Shown piece by piece: positions 1-12,799 of a DNA stretch of 64,000 nucleotides. The stretch is from Perkinsus chesapeaki ATCC PRA-425. Its lineage: Eukaryota > Protista > Perkinsozoa. Location: contig JAAPAO010000101.1 in assembly GCA_013115145.1 (NCBI GenBank), positions 13,817-77,816 of the forward strand, given 5' to 3'. The notes under the pieces were generated by a model. The model had not been told where the DNA came from and did not search any database. It saw nothing but the letters and a program-made list of their open reading frames with translations. The translations under genes were made by a program, and so were the position numbers. Position 1 is the first letter of the stretch. Every line of letters starts with the position of its first letter.

Positions 1-3000
1 CGAACCCGCGTACCCCAATTACTCTGCCTTATATGGATTAACTACCGCTAAGGAGCTCCATACTGTCCGATATGAAGGCAGGTGGCTCCTATTCAACGGG
101 GTCTTCGCCTCGAGAGCTAAGGTCAACTAAAGATTCCTAGGCTTCAGCTTCCCACTGTGAGATTCCATGAAGGTCGGTTGGATGCCTTCCCCTCGAAGGT
201 CAGTTCGACTCTTCTTGTGAACTGCTAATGCCGAGACACCTGTTGCCGCCAAGGCCTAGGATCAAACAAAGGAGCGGTAAGCTCGCGGCCAGGATAGACG
301 AATTCAACACTTTCCTTCCATTAGTAACATAGTTGCCATCATTCTTTCTACTACATGAATTATTAATTCGTGATGAGCATCCATTCACAGATCAATCTCT
401 GCCTACACTTATTTATTATAATAGGCCAGAAATATATTACCAGTAAACTGATAACGGTAATATTTAATACGTATATTGCTAGTATTATTAAATACATTCA
501 AGTACTAAATTAGTAATAGTAAATTAGTATTAATTTTACTAGTGTGAGTGTTATTAAACCTATAACATTACTAATACTTATTCTTATTACCACAACTGCC
601 ACTCCTGCTATCTTGACTCTAGTCTGCCAAGTTAGCAGATCCTTTTTGGTCATCTTTAACTTACCATGGCTGAAGTTGATAACCTTGAAAGGATTCTTCA
701 GCTCCATTTTAGAAACTGGTCAGACGCTTATTAATTAAACTTGAATAACACAATACCATCAGCAATTGCAGCAGTAATAAAGGTAATTATCATCACCAAC
801 ATGCAAAAGCATGACCGCGCGCCACTAAATACTAACCTGGCAGAATTGTTCTTCCTTCAACAAGGTGCCGAGTATCGGCCTCCAACATCTCCTATCCTCC
901 CTTTCCAAAGTACCTCCTCAATATCTAGCCCTTGCGCTGCTGCATAATACCTGTGTGAGTAGACACGTAGATGCAACAATTATATGTAGAAATGATATAT
1001 CCGATACTACCCGCTCAATCGAAGATACAACCATTCCGCCATTGATAAGGTTAATAGAGGGAAAGATACTAATAAGGTCAGAATGACCGCAAGTGCTGTT
1101 GGTACTGATATATGATTCAGAATCTGACGGACAAATATAGGGTTCCGTCAACCTGACCGTACAGTCTCGCGAGAGTCCATCGACTTCGTCAAATCGAAAG
1201 CGCATGATACAACCAAAGCAATAAGGATTAGATCACCGGCAATAACCAGGGAAGATCTAAAAGCAAATCGTCACGCGCCACATAATTCAGCCTTGCCTCA
1301 AAATGACTTTCTTCTGACTTGGAGAGAGCTCCAGCGGCGGCGCATTATCGTCGTTTGTAATCATCGCCGGATCTAGCCGCCCGGAAATGCAGTAGGAATT
1401 TAACCCGTGAGCAGCTCTCACTTTGCAAGTGTATTTTATACGATGCCTCTACAGTGTTGAATGTCAAAAGGCAAATAATAGGGGAAGATGCCAGCAACCT
1501 GAAGAAACTATTGCGACCAGAGCAACACTTTAACACTGTCGTTTCTTATTAATCTTGCTTTAAAATCACGTATAGATATAAGTTGCCGATTCAGCAACTT
1601 ATATTATTTATTATACTCAGCAATGCTGAATTTCAAGATCGGTTCTAGGTAATATACACTAGAAACACTCTTGGGTCGAGATTGAGATTGGGCTCACCAT
1701 TGTAAAGTAGACGACGATGATGACGGGTTATGGGCAGCATCCAACTGAATAGTAATGGTTATTGCAGATAATAAGAATAGCATCTGAGCCTTTATGAGAG
1801 GAGAGTTAACGGAAATACGGTATGACCTTTTTAGTGATGTTTTTAAGCTTGCAGCATATATGAGTGTCGGTGTGGGTATGCGTATGGCCCTCTATTAACA
1901 GGATATCTTTAAGGATGAGTAAGCTCAATAAAATAAACCTGACAGCGAGCATAAACAATACTCATTACTAAGGAAAACACTCCATGGAAGACAAACACTA
2001 TGTAGGTAATCAGCATGCATGGTCAAGCAGGTGATTTCTAAAGTATCTTTCGAGGGTGAAGCTAAGATACTTTCATTACCGACACGAAACTACAACTAAC
2101 TCAAGCGCCAAAAGGCTCAGAGCCCTGGTTCGCGGTTTAATTCTCCACCATTTGGCGATATACCTCCCTTTCCCTATTACATTGGCGCATTGGTTTGCTT
2201 CCATCTGATACTGTGGTCTGCTGGTAGCTGGATGATAATTAGCATTACCCATATAAGTAATAGAATCGATGATATTAGAAACTGAGCAAGCAATACTCTT
2301 CAGTATTCTACACCAACTTTTACACCGATATTATGTATAACCATACGGGCCAAGTTGAGGCATCCTAATGTGAGCCACCAGTATCTGAAATGTTATACAC
2401 ATCCTCGTATCATTATACTGTTGACTAGTCCGCACCGTATAGGCATAAATACCAGTGGCGACTATATCCAAAATATACAGCACAAATGGCAATATGCATT
2501 TAGTCGCCGTGAAGCAGCAATAATAAACATCTTTGGTGACTAGAATCCTTGACTGTGAAATAGTTCGATATTATTAAAATTATATCTATGATTATATTCA
2601 GATTCATTAACTTATCTACTTCTTAAACGCCTCATTGAGTTGAATGTTGATTTAGTGCTTTGTGCGTCGTCGTCTCCCTCGACACTTACATTCCTATACT
2701 AACTATTACCAAGGCTGATGCTAGAGTCTCAGCTGGGATGGTTATAATGAGGGATAATGGCACACCTTACAAATGATAGGTAATCTACAAAGATACTTTC
2801 AAGTCTCACCATGAATTGCACGGGTTAAGCTAAGATACCCAATCAAGACTAATGATACTCCTTGTACCTAAAGTCAACTTCAAGAACAGCGTGGGTGCCT
2901 TACCTACATAAATGAAAGCTGCTATAAGCCAAACCCAGAGACGATGATTAGCTGTTCGCCAGAGACTTCCAAGTTGACTAAGCTTATCCTAATGAAGGCT

Positions 3001-3300
3001 TATGCTAAATAAACGAGGGGTATCTTACAGTTGGGTCAGAAGGGAAATCTGGTATGTATATTCGACGAGCAGGAGGGTTGGATTTTAGGTACTTTGAGGA
3101 AGGCACTATTGATAAGTAGAAAGAGGCCTATAGAGCGACGCAATATGAAGCTCATTCTGAGTGTAGATACTGTAAACGGCCGCAACGGCAAATGCTGACT
3201 GACTGCTACATTGTCGCGTTGAGGAATTGTAAGAGTAGTCAAGAATGCAAGATTCGAAACTAAAATCATCAAGGTAGTTTAGTTATCTCTGTGAGTGTAG
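1..3300 (-). CDS. Multi-exon polytopic membrane protein, boundaries uncertain (may run off the window start); family not identified
   Basis: Minus-strand segments bounded by AG/GT read as hydrophobic peptides, e.g. DKLSQLGSLWRTANHRLWVWLIAAFIYV (~2990-2903) and VTKDVYYCCFTATKCILPFVLYILDIVATGIYAY (~2545-2440). Confidence 0.35.
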
Positions 3301-3365
3301 GACTGTAAGAGAATTAGAGGATCACTGATTTCTTCTCAACTCTGTAACTAATAGGTCCGCGTAGG

Positions 3366-3626
3366 TTGGCGGCCATTCTAGTGAGCTACNNNNNNNNNNN
3401 NNNNNNNNNNNNNNNNNNNNNNNNNNNNNNNNNNNNNNNNNNNNNNNNNNNNNNNNNNNNNNNNNNNNNNNNNNNNNNNNNNNNNNNNCCTGTTAAGGGC
3501 TGCGTTGGCGGCCATTCTAGTGAGCTACCTGTTAAGGGCTGCGTTGGCGGCCATTCTAGTGAGCTACCTGTTAAGGGCTGCGTTGGCGGCCATTCTAGTG
3601 AGCTACCTGTTAAGGGCTGCGTTGGC
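3366..3626. repeat. 39-bp tandem repeat array interrupted by an assembly gap (N 3390-3488)
   Basis: Unit GGCGGCCATTCTAGTGAGCTACCTGTTAAGGGCTGCGTT; identical head-to-tail copies after the gap, and the same unit begins just before it. Confidence 0.95.
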
Positions 3627-3928
3627 CACCATTCGACATGGCATATATCTTGGGGCTAGACGGGCTGCTTACTGTAGGCAAAGGCTTAGCAATCTGGTGA
3701 TGTTGGGAAGTTATATGACATTATGAAAGATCTGTAAAGTATACTCACTGAATTGGTTCGGCTAACAAACTGCTTTATGATGAATTAGCTATGCAACTGA
3801 TAATTAGGCTTGAAGAAATTGTTAAAGGTTGAGTTTTAGTGTTGGATTAATTGGAGGATATTTTTAGGTTGAAGCTCGAAAGATTCTATCTAGGTTGGTA
3901 GTACGTCATCCGAAGTATTTTGTAAAAT

Positions 3929-6900
3929 ATGTCTGTATCATCCAATAACGATGAGCTTCGGGCAGCCTTAAATCGTCGCTTAGCAAAGCGAGCTCATAAA
4001 GTAGTACCACTCAGTCCAGCAGGAACTTATTATCGATTCAGGATGCTACTAAACCACCACAGCAGCATAGGTCCATATTTGGGAATGATGATGGTAAGGG
4101 AGCGGTATGAATACTACTATTATTAGTCATATTGTTATTAGGGATGAGCTCAGTCAACAGCACTAAATCTGAGGTAAGTTATTTATAATAGTTAACATTT
4201 AAAATGTTGGAAGATCAACACTGGGGTCGATCAATGAACCTATGTGCAAATTCAGAATCGATTCCACAATTACTCTTCGCACGTTGCTGCAATCGATTGT
4301 GAATCTATCCTCAATGGATCTAATGAACAGGGGGACTGCTCGATTAGGCTATGGGGGTTAGGACGGCGGGATTAAGCGAACTAATGGACCATATATCTTC
4401 CTTTTTATGAACTAGTCGCATCATTGTTTTTTCAGAGTCGACCATCATCGCAGCCCCCTAATAGATCTATTGATAAGAGTAAGTATCTCGTTGAATTCAT
4501 GAGGCTATATTATTTATCTAGGAGCTTCAAGCCCGCCAACAGCTGGCATGTTTAATACTTCGGAAAGGAAAGGCAGCAGCACTTTGGCGCCTGCTAATGG
4601 TAGGGAGCTAGTCAACTCTGAGGTTCTCATTGTGAAATGATGCCGAAGTATTGGTCGGTCGAAGAGAAGTAAAGGAATGGTAACGCTTAGCAACATGCTC
4701 GCCGCGTAATAGTCCAGTATTAGAAGATACCCAAGCTAGGTTGATAAATGGAGAGTGGACAACTCGTTGACTAAATAGAGAAATATATATATTATTGTTG
4801 AAGTCATATGCATAAATAGTGCGTCAATAGGCGGTGTTAGTGTGCCGATTTGAGAACCAGTCAAACCGGGCTTGGATATATCATCGGGACTGTTGGTGTT
4901 GTGCGTCAGAGGCAAAGCGTTCCTCTACTCCAGCTGGTCTACGATGGTTTAGTAAAGGATCACATGACCAAGCTCAAGAGGAGGAGCAAGGGGAGCTCAG
5001 CAAGCCTAGGACCAGTAGTGTAACGGAACAGGTAGTAAAAGTGGGGACTGGGGGGAGGGGGAAGGGGGAAATGGATAATACAGACCTAGGCGAAAAGGGG
5101 TGTATAAGGGGCATTATTGGGAAATAATTGTGGAAAGCTATAATGGGGGATTTGGAGTTTGTGAAGTGATTGAGAGAAATGAAGTATGGTTGTGTATGTG
5201 TTATAGTAGTGCTAGGGGTCTAGTGAGCCATTGTGTAGAGTAAGGCTGTCGGGGATAGTCCGGAGTCTGTTGTTAGGACGGCTCCTATCCTAGCATGTTA
5301 ATAAATCGTTATCATCCCTTGCAATCTCTTCAGGGCAGCGTTCTTTCTGTATTACCTAAGAGTGGTTCCCATAGGCAATCAGCTGACTCTTCTGATTCCA
5401 CTCAACCTCCTCCAGCGGAGGAGGCACGTCCCAGGCAGTTGCCGCGCACTTCATCCGTACTAGTCGCGAGTCTCGAGGCCTTCGATTGGGCAGGTTAATT
5501 GATAGTTGTTGAATTTCAGACCAAAACTCGGAGTGCAGTTGATGCAGTAGTTGGCGGAAATGTGGTAGGAATTAGTGCATAGTAGAAATGGGAAGTGGAT
5601 TGATTAGGCTGGTGCGGCGAACGGTGATGAGGATGGGGATGCTAGGACGGCTAAGGCATCGATTGCCGGGGTTCATATGGAAGGGTATCTTTCAAAGCTT
5701 AGCTCCGGAACAGTAAAGAGATGGCAGAAAAGGTGGGAGGTTCAAGCGAGGTTTTCATGTCGAAAAAGATACGCAGGTATTTCATACTGGAAGGCGGATA
5801 TTTGGGGTATTTGAAAGCACCTGGCCCAGCGGACTTAGCGAAGAAAACGTTCGATCTGTCCAAGGCGAGGTTGGTGAAATATATGCTACTCACACACTAT
5901 TAACCGGTTTTAGTAATGTCGAGAAGGCGGAATCTGACGACCCTAATAGCGCCGATTTTAACCTTATTTATAGTAAGCTTTAGTACAGGGACGGACAAAA
6001 AGGGAATGGTTACGTTCCAGATGAGAATGTTTACAATATGAGGGCACCGTCGGTGGGGGAGATGAGGAAATGGATGAACTCTATACAAATAGTTATTGCT
6101 GCCACGTAATAATGTGGCGCGCGGTCATGGCAGGTGATAAGTGGATGGCAGATATAATGGAGGACGAGGAGGGATGGAAGGGGCATCGGAGGTTGATAGG
6201 ATGTCTGATTCGGCGCCGAGTAGTAGGGTGGGGAGGAGGGGGCTGGTATAGGAAGGAAGTGAGCTGATTAGGAAGGTATCTTGATAGAGAATAATAACAA
6301 AGGCGTCAGATGTTACCGAAGATATTATTCACGTAGCTTGGAGATTCATCGTATTGCCGATGACGAGATGTGGCTAGATGCGTGTTCTAGGTCGTAGTAG
6401 TGCTTGTTAGCCAGTTTGGAAGCGTAAATACAGAAATGCTCACAGAGGAGGAACTCTCACGGCTTGTGCGGTTCTTCGATGTTGAGGTGGACTTCCTTTT
6501 GGGTGGCTAGTAGTTAGTTAATGCTTTATAATGTCCTGTATTAGGTCTTGGGGGATCATCAGCATCTGTCGGGCGTATGAATTCAGTTAGCTCTCCGAAG
6601 CCTGTGACCAGTAGTAATATGCCATCTACTATATGGGAGGTAATAGGGAGGGAGGAAGTGGGCGCTTATTATTGGTTGTTATTAGTTTGATACGGAGAGA
6701 TTGGATAGGATGTTTGAAGAGGAATGGTTTGATGTTGTTGAGGAGCTGAAGGATGGTAAATGCGATAAGGATGAAATGGGTAAGTTATGCGGGGAGACGG
6801 TATTGATGAATTCGGGTTTTGAAAACCCGAAACCCGGATAAGACTTGGTGTGAGGATATTATCATAGCTGAGAGTGATCATCATGAACCAATATAATTGT

Positions 6901-9900
6901 ATGGCCCTCAATAGTTGATACAAAGTGCCTCGATGCAGTAGTATATTAATAAGTATTAATAATATTAAATATCATTCACTTCATCATTTATTACAATCAA
7001 TTCATATTATTAATGATTATATCGACTATTATTAATAGTTAGCAGCATGGTCATATCTTCCTCCTCCTACTACTGTGTGCGCGTCTTCCTTACCTATACA
7101 TAACTAATTGATATGACAAAAGGATTTAAGATATTAGTTTTCCTTTTATTAACTTAATAGCCCTTCATAAGTCTCTAAATTGGCTTATTTATTGTAGCGG
7201 TATCAACAAGTAAGATGATAGATGGTGTGACAAGATGTGGTGGTGATCTATATGCTACCCTGGCCAAGATGGATACCAATGCTTATGTAGTAGTGGAGGG
7301 GGGATGGGTTAATAGTACGCTGCCGTTCTACCGTTTATATCTCCTTTTATTGGGTGTCTAGGGAAAGGGTGGTGTGTGGGGAAGTTGATATAAGGATGCT
7401 TCGATGTCTCGTTTTACCGTCTTCCTGCTGGGGCTTGGGATTTATACTTTGCCGTCTTGAGAGTAATAAATGATAGTAAATATGTTTGACTTGTATATCA
7501 CCATATACTCTTCGATTGGTAAAGGGGGTGAGTAGTTGCCGAATCGAGCCGGAGGGTGGATTTTACGGACGTTTAAGAATAGTCGGCGAAAGATCATTGA
7601 TGATAGTGAATTCGGGAATGGTGTTGTAGTTGAGCTGTATCGGAAGTAAGATGTATTATTATCGGTGATGTTCAGACTACCATAAATTATGACGATGCTC
7701 ATATTGCCATAGAGAATAGGATAAAGAGCTCATCAGAGGCCAAAGATCAATGCTTATCAATAGTACAGGAATATATGCAAAGATTGGCTGGATATATTAA
7801 TAAGTAATGAGAGGCAGGAGAGGGGAGGGGGGGGGGTCGGTTGAAAATCCGGGTTTCGAAAACCCAAAACCCGAGTTAGAGAGAGGATATTGACATGGTG
7901 AATGGTAATCATTGATTGATATAGTTGTAGGAGCCTTTAGAGGGTGCAGCAATAACTCATACCAATCCTTATATCTTGTTACTTTTTGTTGCTATCATTA
8001 GTATTGTTTTCTATGCAGTAGATGGAAAATATAAAAGTAATAATAATAATAATAGATACTGATAATTCAGTTTAGTGGTTTACCATTATGTACATAGTAG
8101 TTTAAAATGTATAGTGCTGCTGCTGCTTATGACGATAAATGATATGTTATAAGATCCCAGAGCTTGGTCCAGTCGTACGGATAAGTGATAGGAAAAATGT
8201 TCTAATTGACGATAGACAATAGACCGTCCGATAGGAGATATAATTGTAGAGCGAAACATGAACTGGATTTCTTATGTTTACAACGCTTGATTCTCTGGCT
8301 GTGACTCCATGGTGGGGGCACGAGGTTAATCTTTGGCAGGTGGTTGGATATCCGAGCTCAATGGAAGATGCATGAGAGCCATGGGGAGTCATCAGGTCTA
8401 TTCAGTAGTAAAAGCAAAGGTCCTATAAAGGTAATATGCAGTACTATTATTATCGTAGTTGGCAACCTTGTGCTTTAGCCCATGGCTGCTCCGGTGTTAT
8501 CGTCGGACTTCCCGGCCCTGCTGGAGGCGGTTGCACGGTTACGGTCTGAAATTGACAAGTTGTTTTCGATGGACGAGGCAAATTCCAAGGTAAGTTTCAC
8601 GGCTGGAAAAATTGTTTTTTTCCGAGATTTTTCGTCGGAAATCTAACAGGTTAAATGTACTTGTGCGATTGTTCCTGATCCTAAGGTCACACCACCTGAC
8701 GGCAAACGGGACAGCGTATCTTTGCGCACTCGGAAGAAAGCAGAATGTCCTGTCCATAACGGGTAAGTGTCCACTGCGTTGGTGGTGTTGAATTGATATG
8801 CATCATATCAGGCCATATCAGGAATGGCGGCGGCAGTTGGAGGCAGTTCTACAAAGGCTAGGATCGGAGCTTGAGGTAACCGGGGAACGGGTTGGAGAAG
8901 GAGGTTGCATTGGCTGTAGTGATAATAATACGGGTATTATTAAATACTAGTTATGAGCAACTTTAATGTTATATGCGTTGGTTAGTAGAATAGAATATGC
9001 CTGAAAAATAAAAACCGATAAAATTGCATAGAGGTGAATTTCGAAGTTTGTTCAGTGATCCTGTGCCATATGGTGCATCTGCGTTAGTGATATAAGCAAA
9101 GATAATATAATTTATATTCGGTATCATTTTAAAAATATAATGTTAATTGGGCATGCTGCATCAGTGGGCGGCAGCGGCGGTTTAGTATAAAGAGCAGTGT
9201 AGGCGAGAGGATTCATGTCTATGCGCCTTATAGCTGAAATGCCTCCTCCTCCTACGATTCGCTAATGCTTGATTGTGATTTAGACAGCGGTGATTGAAGA
9301 GCTGGATAAGCAACTGCAAACAACTAATGTATGGGAGCCTAAATGTCAGGGGTCCTTGGGAGAAGGAGTGCATGGCCCTAAATTGGTAAGGAGTTTGCGG
9401 AGGGAGCGGTATGAGACAGTTGTTGTTGTAGATATTGGACAGAGGACAGTACTATCTTACAACGTCATGGACGCCACATTTGTTGAAGATAATAAGAGGT
9501 GTGTCATAGAAGAGCATGAGATTAGCTTATTACGTGGCAACTAGGCGAGCTCGTCGTTTGTTTAACCGAGGAACTCAGTTCGCTTGGAACTTGTATTAGA
9601 TATAAAACTAAAGGAGATTCAACTCTCCGAGGTACATTCGCTTTCAGACCATCTGAAAGCGTCTGGGTAGGAATCGTTCATGCTTATAGGGGAACATAAA
9701 ACGTCTCAAGAGGGCATGGAGTTGACATTTGCTCTAGGAGAGAATCAACTATCGGAACTGCCACCTCTGTTAAAGAAGACATTTCTGCAAGGGTAGATTG
9801 GTGTACCTACTCACCAAGCCTGCCGAGCTAGCATTCAATAAGCCGCGGTTTCCTTCATACATACTCACTATGGGCGATGGTGCACTCGGGAGTGTGCGAA

Positions 9901-12641
9901 GGCTTCTTCTCGTAGTTCAATTACTTTTATCATCTCTCAGCAACTTTCGATGTCCAAGCTACCACAGTTCGTTCACATCCTTGCAGTGCCACCATCATAA
10001 CGGAACACACCATCAGTGGTGTTGTGGCGGTTATCAACTGCGCATGGTGAGCCATGGAGGTGGGATGGGAAAAGGGTTTCACGGCGGTGGATTGGTCAGG
10101 CGACTGATGAAAAATCGAGTTGCCCGGACAACTTCGGCGATCAATCACAAGAAGGGTATAAAGGGCAAGGCCTCTGGTAAGATTTGAATTTCGTGGCGCG
10201 CGGTAATCTGGCTCGCTTAGCTGCCCTTGGGAAGGCAAAACGGACCAGTCAGAAGTACACGTACTCTGGCAGTTCGAGCGCGGCGCAGCAGGCGGCGAGC
10301 AGCCCGGTTGATGATGATGAGTCGCCGGATCCACAGAAGAGTGGCGGCAGCTCCTCGAAGGGATCGATACCGCCGCTTGACTTTATGGTGGCATTTTCGA
10401 ATGAGGCTGGTGTAGGCTAGTTAGTGGGGAGGGGAGGAATAGATTTGTGAGTTATCAGATGATATCTAGTTATTGTGGTACGACTGCTGATGATTTGAAC
10501 TCGAGAAGGACACCGGAGACTCAAGGTGAGAGTTCGCTAAGGTCTTCGAGTTGGCACTACAGCGTAAAGCGAACCGGTATGGAAATTAGTTTTTTATGGC
10601 TTGTAAGAGCGAGTACGGGAAAGGTAGTTAATGGACCAGAACTTCTGTAATTCTGAGCTGGAATCAGGAGGGTTCTCGGTACGTTCATTTGCATGTAGCG
10701 AAATTGCCGCAGAAGAAGGGTGTTGTCTAACACCCGAGACTATTCATCTCACTTCACTTTCTGGCCATTTTTGCGCAGTACCGTGAGAATCCCAGTGTCT
10801 TGCAGTGCCGTGAGAATCCCAGTGTCTTGCAGTGCCGTCCCAAGCACGCCCTAGATTTCCCTCGTAGTCGCTGAAACATCACAACTCTACAATAGTATTG
10901 TGATTCTCCTTGTTCCTTTTAGTGTATGGAGCGTGCATGGCTGGTCTATCCAAGGCTTTTGGTAATCTTGCCCAGGAGACCGGCCATCACATAGCAGAGG
11001 TGTATTTCAAACCTAAATATAAGTAAGGGAGGCGAGAGGGCCGGATGGTTTTGGGAAAGTGGATGGGGAACGCCTTGAGCTCAAGCGGATATCACAACGC
11101 TTGGCGAGAGGGCTAGAGGGCGATGATAATACTTTGTGGAGTGGTGATGCTGCTGTTTTTAGAAAGATTTTGCTGCTCCGATTGGTAATAGGATGGTAAT
11201 ATTATTATCCTCTGAAATACGGAGAGTGCTAGGAAAATTATGAAACGTGGAGTATAGTGTACTTGGAAACTATAGTAGTAGTATAGTAAGTTATAATGAA
11301 TAGTCAAAGGAATATTACCGTAGTAGCGAGATATAGTATCATATATAGATATACATGAAGTCTTATATATATTACTACGACTATCATTAAGAGAGGTTAC
11401 TCAAATGTGTTATAGTCTACCTCCATCCTGTTTCAGGTCGGTGATTTCTAAAGCTTTTAATAAAGATAGATTGATGGTGAGGGTTGAGACGCCTATGACG
11501 GAATCTGTTAGGAATGCTGGGGTAAGGTGGTCAAGGGGGAGAAGGCGTTGAATGTAGAGGGTGTTATTATTAGGCATTTGCTCAACAGTTGAAGGAGCAA
11601 GGTGCTACGGAGGCTACTAATTCATATGCAGTAAGTGGTTAAATGGGGACAGCGACACAATTGGAGACATTTGGGAAAACTCGTCGCATTTTTTATGAAG
11701 AGAGCTTTGTATAAAGTCCAGTTGCATTTTCATACTGGGAACAGCAGTAACTGTCAGAAAGAGCATGATGTTGCTGACAATGGATAATATTGAGCGGCAA
11801 ATATCTAAGCTTCAAGCTCGCTCAATGGGATTCCTGTTTCATGTCAGATTCGTGGTGTGCTCGATGTTATCGTTTCTGGGTATATAAAATCATTGTGCGA
11901 GAATAAGCCGAAGTTGGATAGATTTCCTAAACTGCCGGATGTGATGGCTGCTGATGAGGCATTGGTGGTGGACTATTTTACCAACCACAAAGTCGGAGCT
12001 CTGGACAGGACAGAGTGAGTTTCAAATGGTTCATGTGGGGCTCTGCTGGCCTACAGGACAAGAAATTATTGAGGAATTTGATAAGGTTCTGGTAGATCTT
12101 TTGCAGCGATAAGCTTTAACTTTCTATTGCCATTCGTGGGGAATGAGAAAGGTCGCCGGGCGGGGTGATTGATTGGTGTATCTCTCTTTTCAGTGTAAAC
12201 AAGTGCATTGAAATAAATGCTACTATACGATCCTTTCTTACCGATAATGATATTAATTTGCTGATGGTTCACTACTTGGAGGCAACTCGGTTAGTTGGAG
12301 CGTCGAAGGCTAAGAAGATAGCAAAAGCGGTAAGCGGTAGCTTCATGACTTGGACTAGTTTGGGTTGTTGGTGACGTGATGTATCACGGGATGGAATTGA
12401 ATGGGGAAGATATGATACCTTCTGATGCGCAAATGAGTTACTTGATGAGGGGGCATCGATGCAGTGATTCAGGTTGTATCTATGAGATCAGCACAATGGA
12501 ATAAGAAACAGCGTAGTGATATACTTAAGCAGTTAACGAGAAGTCAAGGTAGGTCTTCGGGGTGGTTGCGTCATACCGTATTTTCGTATAATCACATTTG
12601 TAGGTGGCGCAACTACAATGTCCAGTGATGAGAGTCCTTAA
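3929..12641 (+). CDS. Large multi-exon gene (possibly two genes) encoding a PH domain followed by a long helical region
   Basis: Removing the 44-nt intron 5733-5776 (GT..CAG) gives MEGYLSKLSSGTVKRWQK/RYFILEGGYLGYLKAP..KKTFDLSKAR, a typical PH-domain start. Many further AG/GT-bounded exons follow (e.g. 7675-7802, 11436-11520, 12192-12267); a likely last exon GGATTMSSDESP* ends near 12641. Confidence 0.6.
10775..10838. repeat. 27-bp direct tandem duplication (about 2.4 copies)
   Basis: GCAGT(A/G)CCGTGAGAATCCCAGTGTCTT at 10775-10801 and 10802-10828, plus a partial copy at 10829-10838. Confidence 0.9.
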
Positions 12642-12799
12642 TAATGGAGCTTTGTGTACTGATAAAATAGTGCTTGTTGTATAAAATTTAAATCAGTGTT
12701 TCATTAAATGTTCAGTTAGTTGATGATGAGTTAAGTAAATTAATTATCTGGTGGTGGTGTTCGATATAATGGGTACGTGTAGTGTCGTCTTTAGTGATG

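Noticed and set aside
3366-3626. CRISPR-like regular repeats
   Set aside because: Repeats are head-to-tail with no unique spacers, the context is eukaryotic, and there are no cas genes.
4215-4310. Reverse complement loosely resembles the 5.8S rRNA core (GCAGC..TGCGA..AGTAAT..GTG.AAT)
   Set aside because: The match is short and gapped, there is no flanking rDNA, and the + strand reads as a plausible exon (IDSTITLRTLLQSIVNLSSMDL).
6811-7873. AAACCC motifs as interstitial telomere repeats
   Set aside because: Only two units each, embedded in a palindrome; not a telomeric array.
10762-10782. GCCATTTTTGCGCAGTAC resembling the dinoflagellate/Perkinsus spliced leader
   Set aside because: Several mismatches, the 5' CCGTA part is missing, and no Sm site or SL RNA structure is evident.
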